Positions 22,918-34,876 of a DNA stretch of 64,000 nucleotides are shown here, in pieces. The notes beneath the pieces were generated by a model. That model saw only the letters and a program-made list of their open reading frames with translations. It was not told the DNA's origin and searched no databases. The stretch is from Adineta vaga (lineage: Eukaryota; Animalia; Rotifera), in contig CP075496.1 in assembly GCA_021613535.1 (NCBI GenBank), forward strand, positions 9,858,001-9,922,000, written 5' to 3'. Made by a program: the position numbers and the translations under genes. Each line of letters begins with the position of its first letter. Position 1 is the first letter of the stretch.

Positions 22918-25900
22918 ATGTCTACCGAAAACGATGCAAAACAATTAAAATTATGTTTAACAAAACTTATTGAATTGGTTGAAGAAACTCGAATAAAATT
23001 AAATTCGAACAAGGAGAAGTCACGAACTAAAACTACTGATGACAATCAACCACTAAGTTCAGATCCAGATGAGGATGCTTGCACATTTACATTAAATGAA
23101 GAAGAGAATCAATATCTCGACACTCTCGTTTCCAATGTTCAAGCTGTTCTCGATGAACATCTGCGACACCTTTCAAGACAATCCTCAAACTATCTCCTCG
23201 ACTTTCTTCATACTTATCATTATAATCGCACTAAGAAAACATTCAGTCCAACTCCTTCCATTGATCTATTGTATCCATTTCAACAAGATTTAAAAGGTCT
23301 TCTTGCAGCATTAGAAGCTTTCCCAGCTGCATTCAATGGTCAACTCGATATAGTCAAAACCTTCATTCAACAGTATCCAGCATATAAAAATAAACCAGGT
23401 CTTTGGGAAACAACTTTATTATATTCAGCAGCAAGAAATAATCATCTTCATCTTGTCAAGTATTTGATTGAAGAAGCACATTGTTCGGTTAATGCACAAA
23501 ATCAACGAGATGTAGCTTTCGCATTAGGTTCTAGTACAAAAGATTACAATCCTAAACCAGCAGCTGCATCAACACCACTTCATGCTGCTTGTTTTAACAA
23601 TCATTTGACCATTGTCGAATATCTTGTTGATCATGGTGCTGACTATTTTATTCACAATCAAGCACATGAAACACCGACTCAAAATGCTGAAAGTCGTTCC
23701 AAAATCAAGAAATTCTTTCAAGATTATCTTGTTCTTCGTTATTCGATGGATGCAACTGATCGATTACCTACCTGTCCAATCATGGATGAAGATCATCGAC
23801 CACTTCGTGATTCCATATGGGAATACAAACCCTTCCAAGATACAAAATGGTACAAGTTTTCCTCACCAGAAGCAACAGAACTACACAAAGCACTTCTGCC
23901 ATCAGAACAATTCCAAAAACAAGTCTATCTCAAAGTAGCCAAAGGATTATATAGTGCATCAATGATGGAATTCGTTCGATCAGGAAGACATGAACATGAT
24001 CAACAGAAAAATATGGCATGGATTCGATGTCGTGGTTCAAGCATTCTGAATTTTGATTGTTTTCCACTTTGGCAACTTATGATTATTCAATATGATAAAA
24101 GTGACAAAATCGACAAAGATACAACACCATCATTGAACATACAACATTTTCCTGGCATGACTGACATTAGTTTCAAACTTCATTTGAATAGTTGGTATAG
24201 TTGTGATGAAAATGTGAGTAAATCATTAGACGAAGCAATGAACTATCGACGAAAAGTCATTTCAATCAATATTCCTTATGTTGCTGATCAGTTGAAAATT
24301 AACTTGGAAACATTTGAATTTGCAAATAATGATAGGACACTTGTTGGTTATATTCGATGGATCCCTAAGCTTGTATCCAATAATGATAGTGATGAAAAGC
24401 GAATAGTTGATGTTGATAATTATCATCCGATGGCAACAGTTGAGCCAATACCATTGACGAGCAAACGATTGAAACAAATGTCGAAACTGAAGACGAACAA
24501 GAAGGAGAAGAAGAAGGAGAGTGATATGAAAGAAGAAGATGCAGAAAATGATCTTGGAGATGAAGATGATGATACTGGTCTTGATATGGCAACAATATTT
24601 GGAGTCGGAAATGATGACGAAGGCGATGATGATGATGAAGACGGAACTGAAGGTGAAGCCCATGACCAGATGGTGAGTAGATTAATTTTGCTGAGAACGT
24701 TTCTTGATCAATAGTTCTATTCAATAATATCCCTTTATCTTGCAATGAATTGAGTTCGTGTCTATCATATTCCAACCATTTTTCCTTTATGAAAGACATG
24801 TATTAATTTCTCTTTAGACTACCGTCGATATACTGGGAGAATGGAGTCTCACTGATCTAAATCATGAATATACTACAAGTAGTTCCGTAAGGGAACCAGC
24901 AGCCACTACTTCTGATCATAAAAAACATCGCGAACATTCAGATACGCTCGACGAACAGTTGTATAATCAACGCGCCGATGATACCGATACGGCCTCTATT
25001 GTCGAAAGAGTTAATCCTGTGTTACGAGACCAGGAAGCTGCCAAAATAGCGGATAAATTTGAATCAGAAGTTAAAAAACTGAAAGATCAAATAGAACAAG
25101 AAAAATTAAAATTTGAACAACATAAACAATCACAACAAAAACTATCCAAAGAGAAAGAACAGCAGTTGCAACGAACTAATGAAAAACTTGCACAACTTCA
25201 ACAACAACTACTTAGTCGACAAACTCAAGAGCAACAACTCAATAATTTAACAAAACAAATAAAGGCTATTGACTACGATACTATTGATAATCTTATTATC
25301 AAATTATATCTCGCCCCTAACCAAAATCATGTTATTGAGCATCTCAAATCTAAATATGAATTGGATAAATATTTCGTTGGAATACCATCTCTTACAATGA
25401 CAGAAAAACCTACTTACTATTGTGTATCATTGACAGGTGTACAAGCTCATCACGAAGAGTTTCGACTGATTCTCCGTCGACTACAACTATTATCAACTGT
25501 CGTTCAATCTGCTAAAGCTTTTTATCAACGACAACTGGATGAAGCAAATCGAAAAATTGTTTTCATAATGACTCAACAGATTCAAACTTCATCAAATTGG
25601 CGATTCTATACAAGGTACTTTCAAGAAATGACAAAGAAAAAGATTGATGAATTTGTCCGTCTATTCGACGAATACATCTCTCAAGAATCAAAAACAATAA
25701 TAGGTGATTGTATCAGACAATCTAATTTTCAGGCAAAATTTCAAGTACAAAAGCTGACAACAAGATACATGGCGAAAAAGCAGTTCATACCTGAGTTAGA
25801 ATTTATCAAGTACGAAGCGTTCAATGAATTTATCAAACAACAAGTCTTCTCCGAAAGAACCAAATTTGACAAAAAGCCATCCGCCAAATCCATGCAAACT

Positions 25901-28900
25901 ATGAACGAATTCATCGACAAAGTCAAAAAAGAATTACAAACAAACGACAAATATCATGGCTTTGACCTCGAACAACTAAGACTCATTCCAAAACTATTAC
26001 AACGAATCATGCTATATTATCGATGTTTTCTTCTTCAACTGCCTCTCTACGAATCATCAAAAGAACTGCTAGACAAAATAGAAAAAAGTACAGTTCTCAC
26101 CATTGCAACATCGACAGGATCAGGCAAATCAAGTCTCTTACCAGCTCTCCTCATTGCTGAAGGCTACGACAAAGTCATTGTCACACAACCTCGTCGATTA
26201 CCTTGTACAGCCATTTGCGAACGAGTCAATCAAACAATGATGACAACCCAAGGAACATTCAGACTAGCAGGATGGGCTGTAAGTGGTGATGACAACCATA
26301 CAGATGCTCCAATCCTATATCTGACTGATGGATTATTGAAAGAACGATTGTTACATGATGAAAACTTAGTTTCAGATAAATCAAAAGTCAACAAAGCCAT
26401 CGTTTTCTTCATCGATGAAGTTCATGAAAGATCAGTCAACATTGATCTATGTCTAGCGTTGATTGCTCGTCTTCTCACGAATAAACCACAACTCAAATCC
26501 AAAATCAAAATCATCATTTCATCAGCTACTCTTGATACATCTGTTCCAACACTATTTCGTAAAATTCCACAACTCAAATTCGAACAGTTTCAAATGGCTA
26601 GTCTTGGAACATTGCATCATGTCACTAAAATCGAAAGACCAAACCAAAATATTCTAGATCTTGTACAAGAACTATGCAAGAAACGACAACGACATGATCA
26701 AATCTTATGTTTCGTCAGTAGTGTCGCCGAAGTTCATCAATCTTGTCGACTTCTTTCAGAAATCAGTCGAGAAACACTTGTTGCTCTTCCACTTATTCAA
26801 TCTCAATCAGCCAGAGAGCAACAACAATACATCGAACATGGCACGATCTTCTTTTCAACAACTGTTGCCGAAACATCACTCACATTTCCATCTTTGACCT
26901 ACGTCATCGATACTGGAATGATTAACATTCCTGTCTATGATATCACCCTCAAACAAACCATTCTCAAAGAAGTTCGAGCAGCTGAATCAACAATCAAACA
27001 ACGTCTTGGACGATTAGGACGCACTAAACCTGGTGAATACTATGCATTGTATGATTACAAAGTGGAAGACAAGAAATTTCCCATACCACAGATCTGTCAA
27101 TCAGAACTATCAAATGTTGAACTCTCATTGAGAAGATCATCGATCAAACAAGGACTCAATTACATCAAACAATTCTTACCTGATTCACCATCTCCTCAAG
27201 CAATCGGTGTCGCAACCAATGAACTTCAACGATTGAGTAAGTGCCTCTTTTCCATCTTTCATTTCAATGTTCATCATTCTTGCTCTCGTTCTCTTTCAGA
27301 TATTTTAGATGCAAAAGAAAATCTCACATCGATCGGGATGAGTATTGCACAACTACCTGATTTTGGATCATTGTCAATGTCAAAAGCAGTTCTAGCTGCT
27401 TTGGATAAACATCATTGTGGTCGTGATCTCATTGTTCTTTCGTCGATTCTTGGTGTTCTCAACACATCATCAGTGTTGAAAGCTCTTCCCGATGCAATGA
27501 AACGACCCGAGGGTGATTTCATGAGTTTATTGACAGTGATGAACGAGATTCTGCTAGTGAGAGAAAGTGTTCCATCCAATCAATTCAGATTAGACAAAGT
27601 TTGTCAGGCAAAAGGACTTGTCAACATAGCACATGTCTTGAAACAAGCATTAAACAGATATAAAAATCTAGAACGAGATTTTAAACGATCTCCAGAATAC
27701 CAAACAAAAGCATACATGTCCAGTTGTCATTGGCCGTCGATAGCTAAATCATTATTGGAAGGATATGGTGATAATGTATTTGTATCAATGAAAGAATTAC
27801 AAGGCAAAACTCATCTTTTCACTCGATATTCATCCACAACAAAAGAAGATGTAGCTGTTCTCGATCTTCAATCGACGCTGACTCGTGCCATCACTGCTGC
27901 ACCTGTAGCTTTGATTCTTGCACGTGATATTCGTTTTTCATCATCCATTCGTGCTACAGCTGTACTTTCATTTGTGGGTGAAATCAAGTCACAATGGATC
28001 GATCACTCAATTAACAGAAAAATCACTCTCAATACTGCGGAAGAAACCAGACTCAATTCGAATAACATTCTCGCCTCGGCCAAACAAGCTTTTCCTAAAG
28101 CCCAAATGCAACTTAGTAGTCAAATTGTCGTTCTTCAAGGCATAGCTGGCCAAGTTCTAGATGCCGAATTATATATCCTAAGACAATTAATTGTCGAAAC
28201 CAAATTCAAATTACAAAATCCCCATTCATCGACTACAAGTACTGATTACAAAAGAGTGGCAAGAAATTTAGAAAGTGTTGCAAAAACGTCATGGATATTT
28301 CAGCCAATGATCTGGAGATGGGAAGCACAACGACAAGTCAAAATTACTGTCAATACTAGTCTTGTGAAAGATGAATGTGAAGTGACCATTGTCGGAAGAG
28401 ACTCACAAAATCAACTTGTTCAAAACGAATTTAACTCATTTCTTGGATGGCTCAAAATGTGTGCTGTCATTCGACATCCCAATGCTGGTAGGTCAACATC
28501 GACATATCAACGAACATTCGAAATAGAATATGAAAGTATATAATATGTTCTCTCTTGTTTAGGCATACCACCACGTATTCTAAAACCACAAATGCGAAAG
28601 AAATGCTTAGATATCGAAGAAAGAATTGCACGCGTCACTGACAGCAAACGAACTTCCATCGAATTGTGGAAAAGTTTGAAAGGTTCAAAAGCAACACGAG
28701 AAACGCGAATGGAAGTTGTGGCATGGATAGCTGTCACTCAGTTTGATTGTCGATTAGAAGGTGGATTTGTTCGCGATTGGATTGTTGGAAATTACAGTAA
28801 TCGACCAACTACTGCTCCCTCTACATGGATCACTTACGTGAAGAACAAAGCTGGCGACATGATCCCTTATCTCGACAAAGGTTTTATACCATCAGATCTT

Positions 28901-29972
28901 GATTGTCATCTTCCATTAAACAGATATTTTGATATTGACAAGTTTCTTGATCATTTACATCGATATCAGATCGAATGTGAAGTAATACGAGAAGATTGGC
29001 GATATGTCCTTTTACTTGATAAAAACACAAGTACTGGTGCATTTACAATGGATCTAATCGAACCTCATGTTGCTCTCACACATGATCGAATCGATTTTGA
29101 TGTTAGTAATCTGTCAGTGGAAAAAGATTATACGAAAGAACTTGGAATGAGAGTTGACATTGAACGTAAACCCTATTCAATCGATCTCGAAATCATTGTT
29201 GATAACATCAAAAACAAACGATTTCAAGTTCTGCGTCCCATTGATTTTCAAGTTACAGATCGGATAAAAAAAATGCAAAGTCGCGGATGGACACAGCTTG
29301 GTGAACCGATGCATGTTGTTCCTGATCCACCACCGAAATATCATGTCGTACTTGTTCCATTACCCCCATCATCGCCCTTGTATCAATTATTGGTTCAAAC
29401 AATGAAAACATATCTTGGAAATCAAGCAGATGTCAAGTCAATCGAACAAATTCGAAATCCATTGATTGAAGATGCATATCTATCGATGAAAAAGATCATT
29501 GCAAAGCAATGTGCAGGTCAAAATCCGAATGAACGTGAATTGTTTCATGGAACGAGTGGTGAAGCTATTGATGGAATATTAAATGATGGATATGATGATC
29601 GATATTGGGGTACGAAGTTTGGTAAAGGCAAATTTGGTGAGTGTGCCTGTATGAATGAGAAATTCTCTTTTGTAAAATTATTTTTTCTCAATAGGTCATG
29701 GTGCTTATTTTGCTGACAATCCTAGTGTTTCTCACAAATATACAGAAGCTGATCCGAGTAATCAAACACGTATCATGTATTATAACAGGGTGACATTAGG
29801 GAAAGAGTCTGTTATTCAAGAGAATAATCCAGAACTAGTTTCTGCTCCCAAAGGTTATCATTCAATACATGCAACATTTGCGGGACATCCACATTCTGAT
29901 GAATATATTGTTTATCGATATGGACAAGCAATGCCGTATCTCAGAATAACATATACCGCTCCGATTTCATAG
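22918..29972 (+). CDS. Ankyrin-WWE-DEAH helicase-nucleotidyltransferase-PARP fusion protein, copy 1 (5 exons, about 2237 aa)
   Basis: Exons 22918-24672, 24818-27236, 27300-28487, 28563-29636 and 29695-29972 are joined by GT-AG introns in compatible phase (total 6714 nt). Motifs: TTLLYSAARNNH and TPLHAACFNNH (ANK); WEYKP..KWYKF (WWE-like); TGSGKS, TQPRR, DEVHER, SAT, TTVAETSLT, QRLGRLGR (helicase); GGFVRD..DLD..RIDFDVSNL (NTase); LFHGT, GHGAYFA, DEYIVY (PARP). Confidence 0.85.
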
Positions 29973-30141
29973 TTATATTTTGTATATTTTTTAATACGAA
30001 TCGAACTACTTATATATCAAAACGCATGTTAGCATGAGTTAAGAAATGTCACACATTCATTTGTCTGCTTTCAAGTTCTAGATACTAATGGAAGTGAGAA
30101 TGAAAGACAAAGAATGAACAAACATATTCTTTATACTTGTC

Positions 30142-32064
30142 TCATTTCTTTCTTAATAACTTTTGAATCGATGTTATTAATTGAGGCATTTTTTGTCCGC
30201 TTTTCGTCGCTATTCCGTTTTTATATTTTGCTCTTCTTTCTTGTTGATCGATCCATATTTGAATATATGATGATCTCTCCACATCCCGTACGATCACATA
30301 TGTTGATGGAAATTGATTTTCAATCCAACGAATAAGTTCATTTTCTGTCGAAATCATTTTTCTTTCATTCCATCGATCATCACTACATCGAACATTCAAT
30401 AATCGCACATTTTCCATTCTTTCAACCAAATCAATAATACTTTTTCGATCTTCGATTTCTACGGTCACCACTTCACATTGTTGTGCAAGTGATGAAGTAC
30501 AAAATGTCAGACATTCCTCTCGACTAAATACATCATTCCAGTTGAACATTCCATTGATTTCAATACGGCGAATCGATTGACTCTTTAATACGCATAGCTT
30601 TGGTAAACATTTTTGCCAAAAAATAATTCGTAATGAATACAATCGAAGTGATCGATCACATAATCTTTGTAGTTGAGAATAACCAGATGAAATTTGCATT
30701 CGTACAGTTAATGAAAGCAAATTATCAAAAGTCAAATTACTTGAATTCAATACATCCACTTCAAATGGAAATATTACATCAAGAACACGAATATGTCGAT
30801 ATCTATTACATATGATACTGAAACTATGTAAATGTAAAGTTTTTCGATGATTGTTTGTGAACATTTCAACACATTCATATGATCTATAATTATCGACATC
30901 ATTATCTTCTTCTTCTTCTTCTTTGTGATCTTTCTTCGAACATGTCGATTCTGTCTGATATTCATTAAAATAATGAATATTTTTGAATACAAATGGAAGT
31001 GTATAAAGATAAGCATATGTCGTAATTTCAGATGATTCCCAATCACATCGGACAAACCATCGATGTTCATCAATCCAATATTTTGTACGAAAACTATCTA
31101 CCAACGTATCAACATGTTCTTTAACTTCGACGTCATCTCCTGATATTTCTATTTGCATTTTGAGATGAAATATTTTCAGATGACGAACATGTTCAAGGAG
31201 AATTTCTTTCCATTGATGTCCATCCACATATAAATCAACTGTTTCAATCGTTAATTGTCGAAGATTAGGAAGGTGTTTAAAAAGATTTGTCATCGATTCG
31301 ATACAACCTCGAAAGAATAGTCGTAATGATGTTATTGATGGGATGGTACATGTGAGAGTGTCACTTTTTGAATGAGAATACACAGTAGTCGAAAGTTGTT
31401 GCAGATGCGGTGTTGAAGATGTTAATAAATAAGATAAACTATCGAAATCACACGAAATATTTTCAATCAATAAATTACGAATTGATGTCGATGTTACTAC
31501 GAATGATGATGAAGATCGTGGAAATATTGAAACATGAGAAAATGAGATGTGATTCAATGTAATACCATTAAGATCGCAATGTATTAATGATGAAATCGAC
31601 CAAATATTATTGAATAAATCAACGATAGGTTGCTTTTGTTTTTGATCAATAGAACAATCAATAATGAAGAGATGAGTAAGTTGACGAAGAGTGCGACAAA
31701 GAGATATCATCGGAATTAATATTTGAAGTGATGAAATGTGATGTAATGAAAGCGATTGTAAATGAATGAAGCGATTAAGATCATATCCACGAGATGAAAG
31801 AAGATCACATAATTGTGGTGTTTCTTCATTTGATAAATAAAGTGAACGAATAGAATAAATCATTGCTGGAAAATATTGTTTACACATCAAATCAAAATCA
31901 TGTTTGGAAATACGACGAAGATTTAACTGATGAGTTTGTAAATGATTGAACAAAAGATAATTGAAACGGTTGTTTAATCCAAAGAATGCACGAAATAGAT
32001 GAACAACATCGATGAACGAGAAGAAATGAAAGAAAAGTTCATTTGGAAGGATTTCAAGACGCAT
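30142..32064 (-). CDS. F-box domain / degenerate LRR protein
   Basis: Start MRLEILPNELFFHFFSF..LFRAFFGLNNRFN at 32064; shares WFVRCDW, LYTLP and CEV blocks with its paralogs. Confidence 0.8.
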   Translation of the reverse strand: MRLEILPNELFFHFFSFIDVVHLFRAFFGLNNRFNYLLFNHLQTHQLNLRRISKHDFDLMCKQYFPAMIYSIRSLYLSNEETPQLCDLLSSRGYDLNRFIHLQSLSLHHISSLQILIPMISLCRTLRQLTHLFIIDCSIDQKQKQPIVDLFNNIWSISSLIHCDLNGITLNHISFSHVSIFPRSSSSFVVTSTSIRNLLIENISCDFDSLSYLLTSSTPHLQQLSTTVYSHSKSDTLTCTIPSITSLRLFFRGCIESMTNLFKHLPNLRQLTIETVDLYVDGHQWKEILLEHVRHLKIFHLKMQIEISGDDVEVKEHVDTLVDSFRTKYWIDEHRWFVRCDWESSEITTYAYLYTLPFVFKNIHYFNEYQTESTCSKKDHKEEEEEDNDVDNYRSYECVEMFTNNHRKTLHLHSFSIICNRYRHIRVLDVIFPFEVDVLNSSNLTFDNLLSLTVRMQISSGYSQLQRLCDRSLRLYSLRIIFWQKCLPKLCVLKSQSIRRIEINGMFNWNDVFSREECLTFCTSSLAQQCEVVTVEIEDRKSIIDLVERMENVRLLNVRCSDDRWNERKMISTENELIRWIENQFPSTYVIVRDVERSSYIQIWIDQQERRAKYKNGIATKSGQKMPQLITSIQKLLRKK

Positions 32065-32336
32065 CAGTAGATACTTTTGTTTCTTAAAAAAGAAGAATAG
32101 ACATAATATCTCTCTCTGTCTCTCTGTTCGATACTCAAATATCATAGAGTAAAAGAAAACAAATAAACGTGTTTGCTTATGTACGCATAGTGTGTGTCTG
32201 TCTTTTTTTTCGATTGAATATATATATATATCATTATGTGATGATTGTAAGAAGAGAAAAAATCGTATCAACGTTTTACTTTCTTTTTTTATCCTATAAT
32301 CACATGCATTATATGCACTTCTTATCGATAAAACTT

Positions 32337-34310
32337 TTATTTATACATTATGTATGATGTATCCATTGAAAATAACTGTCGAAATGATCGCATAAATTGT
32401 GATAGTTTGTTTGCCTGAGTTGATGTGTATATCGATTGATCTGGTACAATTCTCTTCGATTTTGATTCTCGATTGATCCATAATTGAACACGTGATGTAT
32501 AATGAAGATCTCGTCGAATGACGTATGTTGATGGAAGATGTTCTTGTAACCATTCGATCAATTCGTCTCGTGAACATGGTGATAATAGTGATGATTTTTC
32601 GACGAAATTATATCTATCCTCTTCACATTCAACTATCAACACACGAAGATTCGATAGTTGTTCAATTAAATCGATGATACTTATTCGACTTTTCACTCCG
32701 ATCAACAAAACTTCACATTTCATCACAAGTGATGATGGTAATGATGAATGAACAATCACTAAACATTCTTCTTTCGAATAATAATAACATCGACGATCGA
32801 GTCGACTGTTCAAAAGATCAATTCGTTGAATAGGATGTGCAACTGTTAATTGAAATAATCTTGTTGAAAAACAATTTTTCATTAATATTTGACAGCGAAA
32901 TGAACAGAGACCAGATGAACATGACCGATCGAAGATTTCTTGTAATTGATCATAACCAGATGATTTGTAAATACAAACATTTAGTGACTTCAAATGATCA
33001 AATGACGGAAAATGTAATAAGATTTGTTCATCTATGAGTGGAACGTAGATATTGAGAATACTAACATAAGGAAACTGAACAGGGAATAGATGAAAATTAT
33101 CTACTAACATTGTTTCAATACTTTCATAATCAACTCTTTTTACTTTATCATATGACCAATCGTGTTTATCTTGAAAGTGATCGCAGGTCGATCTAGTTGA
33201 TGATACATTTGTATAATCAAAATGATCAAATGCATAGGGTAATGTATATAATGTCACACATTTATATGGATCTGATCGATTCCAATGACATCGAACATAC
33301 CAATCATGTTCTCTACACCAAAATGAACTTTTATATGTTAATAGTAATTCATCAACAATATCTTCAATATCATGATAATCTTCACGATAATCCATTTCCA
33401 TTTTCATTTCAAATTTTTTCAATTGACAAAGATAGTTTTCGATCAAATCTTGCCAAACATGTCCATCCAAATGAATTCGTAATGTTGTAATGCGAAGATA
33501 ATTGAGATACGGAAGATGTTTGAATAAATCAAGGAGTGATGGAATTGATCCACCAAAACTAATTGTCATTGATGTAAGTGATGAACTCATCAGTGTCATA
33601 CGATCATCAGACGAATAAGAATAAACAGTAATATGACGGAGACGATAGAGATAAGGTGTATACTGACAAAGATGAGAAAGAGAATGTAAATTGTATGACA
33701 TATTCTTCAGTGATAGATCTTCGATCAATGGTGATGTTGTTGTTATTATTGGAGATATCAATAGTGTGCTATCAGTTGTTGGAATACCATCTAGATGACA
33801 TCGTCGAAGTTTTTCTAAACTCCACATTCTATTCCACAAATCATTTATCTTCTCTCTATCGATAGCATTATTTTTCTTTCCATCATGATATTTGCTGCTA
33901 ATTGTGAGATGAGTAAGATGTGCAAGGGATTGACATTGACAAATGATATCATATAATATTTCGAATGTAGAGATGCTGAACAGTGAAAGTGATTGTAAAT
34001 GAATAAATTGATTGAGATTAAAACTTTGTGTACGAAGAAGAAGAAGGACAGGTAAATCAATTGTTTCATCATCATCTGAGAGATCAAGTGAAACGAATTG
34101 ATCAATAAGGGATGGAAGACATCGATGACAAAGATCATCAAAATGTTCTTTGGATATGGATCGAAGATTGAGTGAATGATATCGGAAATGATGGAAAATT
34201 AAATGGTTGAAACGAATATTTAATCCAAAGAAAGATCGAAGAAGATCAACACTGTGAAAATATGTGAATAAATCGAGAAGCAATTCGTTTGCTAATGTTT
34301 CTAGTTGCAT
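32337..34310 (-). CDS. F-box domain / degenerate LRR protein
   Basis: MQLETLANELLLDLFTYF..LLRSFFGLNIRFN; same architecture as the adjacent tandem paralog. Confidence 0.8.
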   Translation of the reverse strand: MQLETLANELLLDLFTYFHSVDLLRSFFGLNIRFNHLIFHHFRYHSLNLRSISKEHFDDLCHRCLPSLIDQFVSLDLSDDDETIDLPVLLLLRTQSFNLNQFIHLQSLSLFSISTFEILYDIICQCQSLAHLTHLTISSKYHDGKKNNAIDREKINDLWNRMWSLEKLRRCHLDGIPTTDSTLLISPIITTTSPLIEDLSLKNMSYNLHSLSHLCQYTPYLYRLRHITVYSYSSDDRMTLMSSSLTSMTISFGGSIPSLLDLFKHLPYLNYLRITTLRIHLDGHVWQDLIENYLCQLKKFEMKMEMDYREDYHDIEDIVDELLLTYKSSFWCREHDWYVRCHWNRSDPYKCVTLYTLPYAFDHFDYTNVSSTRSTCDHFQDKHDWSYDKVKRVDYESIETMLVDNFHLFPVQFPYVSILNIYVPLIDEQILLHFPSFDHLKSLNVCIYKSSGYDQLQEIFDRSCSSGLCSFRCQILMKNCFSTRLFQLTVAHPIQRIDLLNSRLDRRCYYYSKEECLVIVHSSLPSSLVMKCEVLLIGVKSRISIIDLIEQLSNLRVLIVECEEDRYNFVEKSSLLSPCSRDELIEWLQEHLPSTYVIRRDLHYTSRVQLWINRESKSKRIVPDQSIYTSTQANKLSQFMRSFRQLFSMDTSYIMYK

Positions 34311-34876
34311 AATTTCATTTGTTTATTATGATAAATGAGAGAGAAAAGAAGAGATCTGAAATGCCCTTCTCTTTGTTGTGATGACGTAAAAAAACGAAAA
34401 AGAAGAAGAAGAGAATGTGTTGAGATGGCTTGTTCTCCTTTTTCGACTTGAGATACATGTAATGTGCGATTAATGATGTGTGACTTGATTTTTCTTTTCG
34501 TTAGTTGATAAAGAGAAGAAATATGTAAAATCGTTTTTTTTCGCTATTTTTTATACCTTTATAGTTTTCATCTGTAAAATTATCAACAATGAGAATAAAA
34601 AGAAACATATCTTTGGATGGAATCTGTGGACTTAACAAAAATATTAATCCAGTATCAGACTTAATACAGTATCTTGATTAGCCTCTGTTGCAAAAGTCTT
34701 TAGACAAAATATTCGTTCATTTTGCAGCCATTAAGAAGTAATCAGAGAATATGAGAAGTAGTCAATTAGAACGAGAATTCGATGCTCATTCTAAACGTGT
34801 ATGCAAAATATTTTTCTAACATGAAATCGAATCATTGAAGACAAATCATTGAGAATGACGGGAACCGGAACGATGA

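Noticed and set aside
23096-28737. Short overlapping and antisense ORFs recurring in both fusion copies (for example 23612..23938 and 53376..53702)
   Set aside because: They recur only because the host DNA is near-identical, and they carry no recognisable motifs.
32065-32271. N-terminal extension of ORF 30142..32271 (likewise 1709..1849 and 14205..14246)
   Set aside because: Non-ATG starts and low-complexity UTR- or intron-like sequence; the F-box paralogs begin at the F-box methionine.
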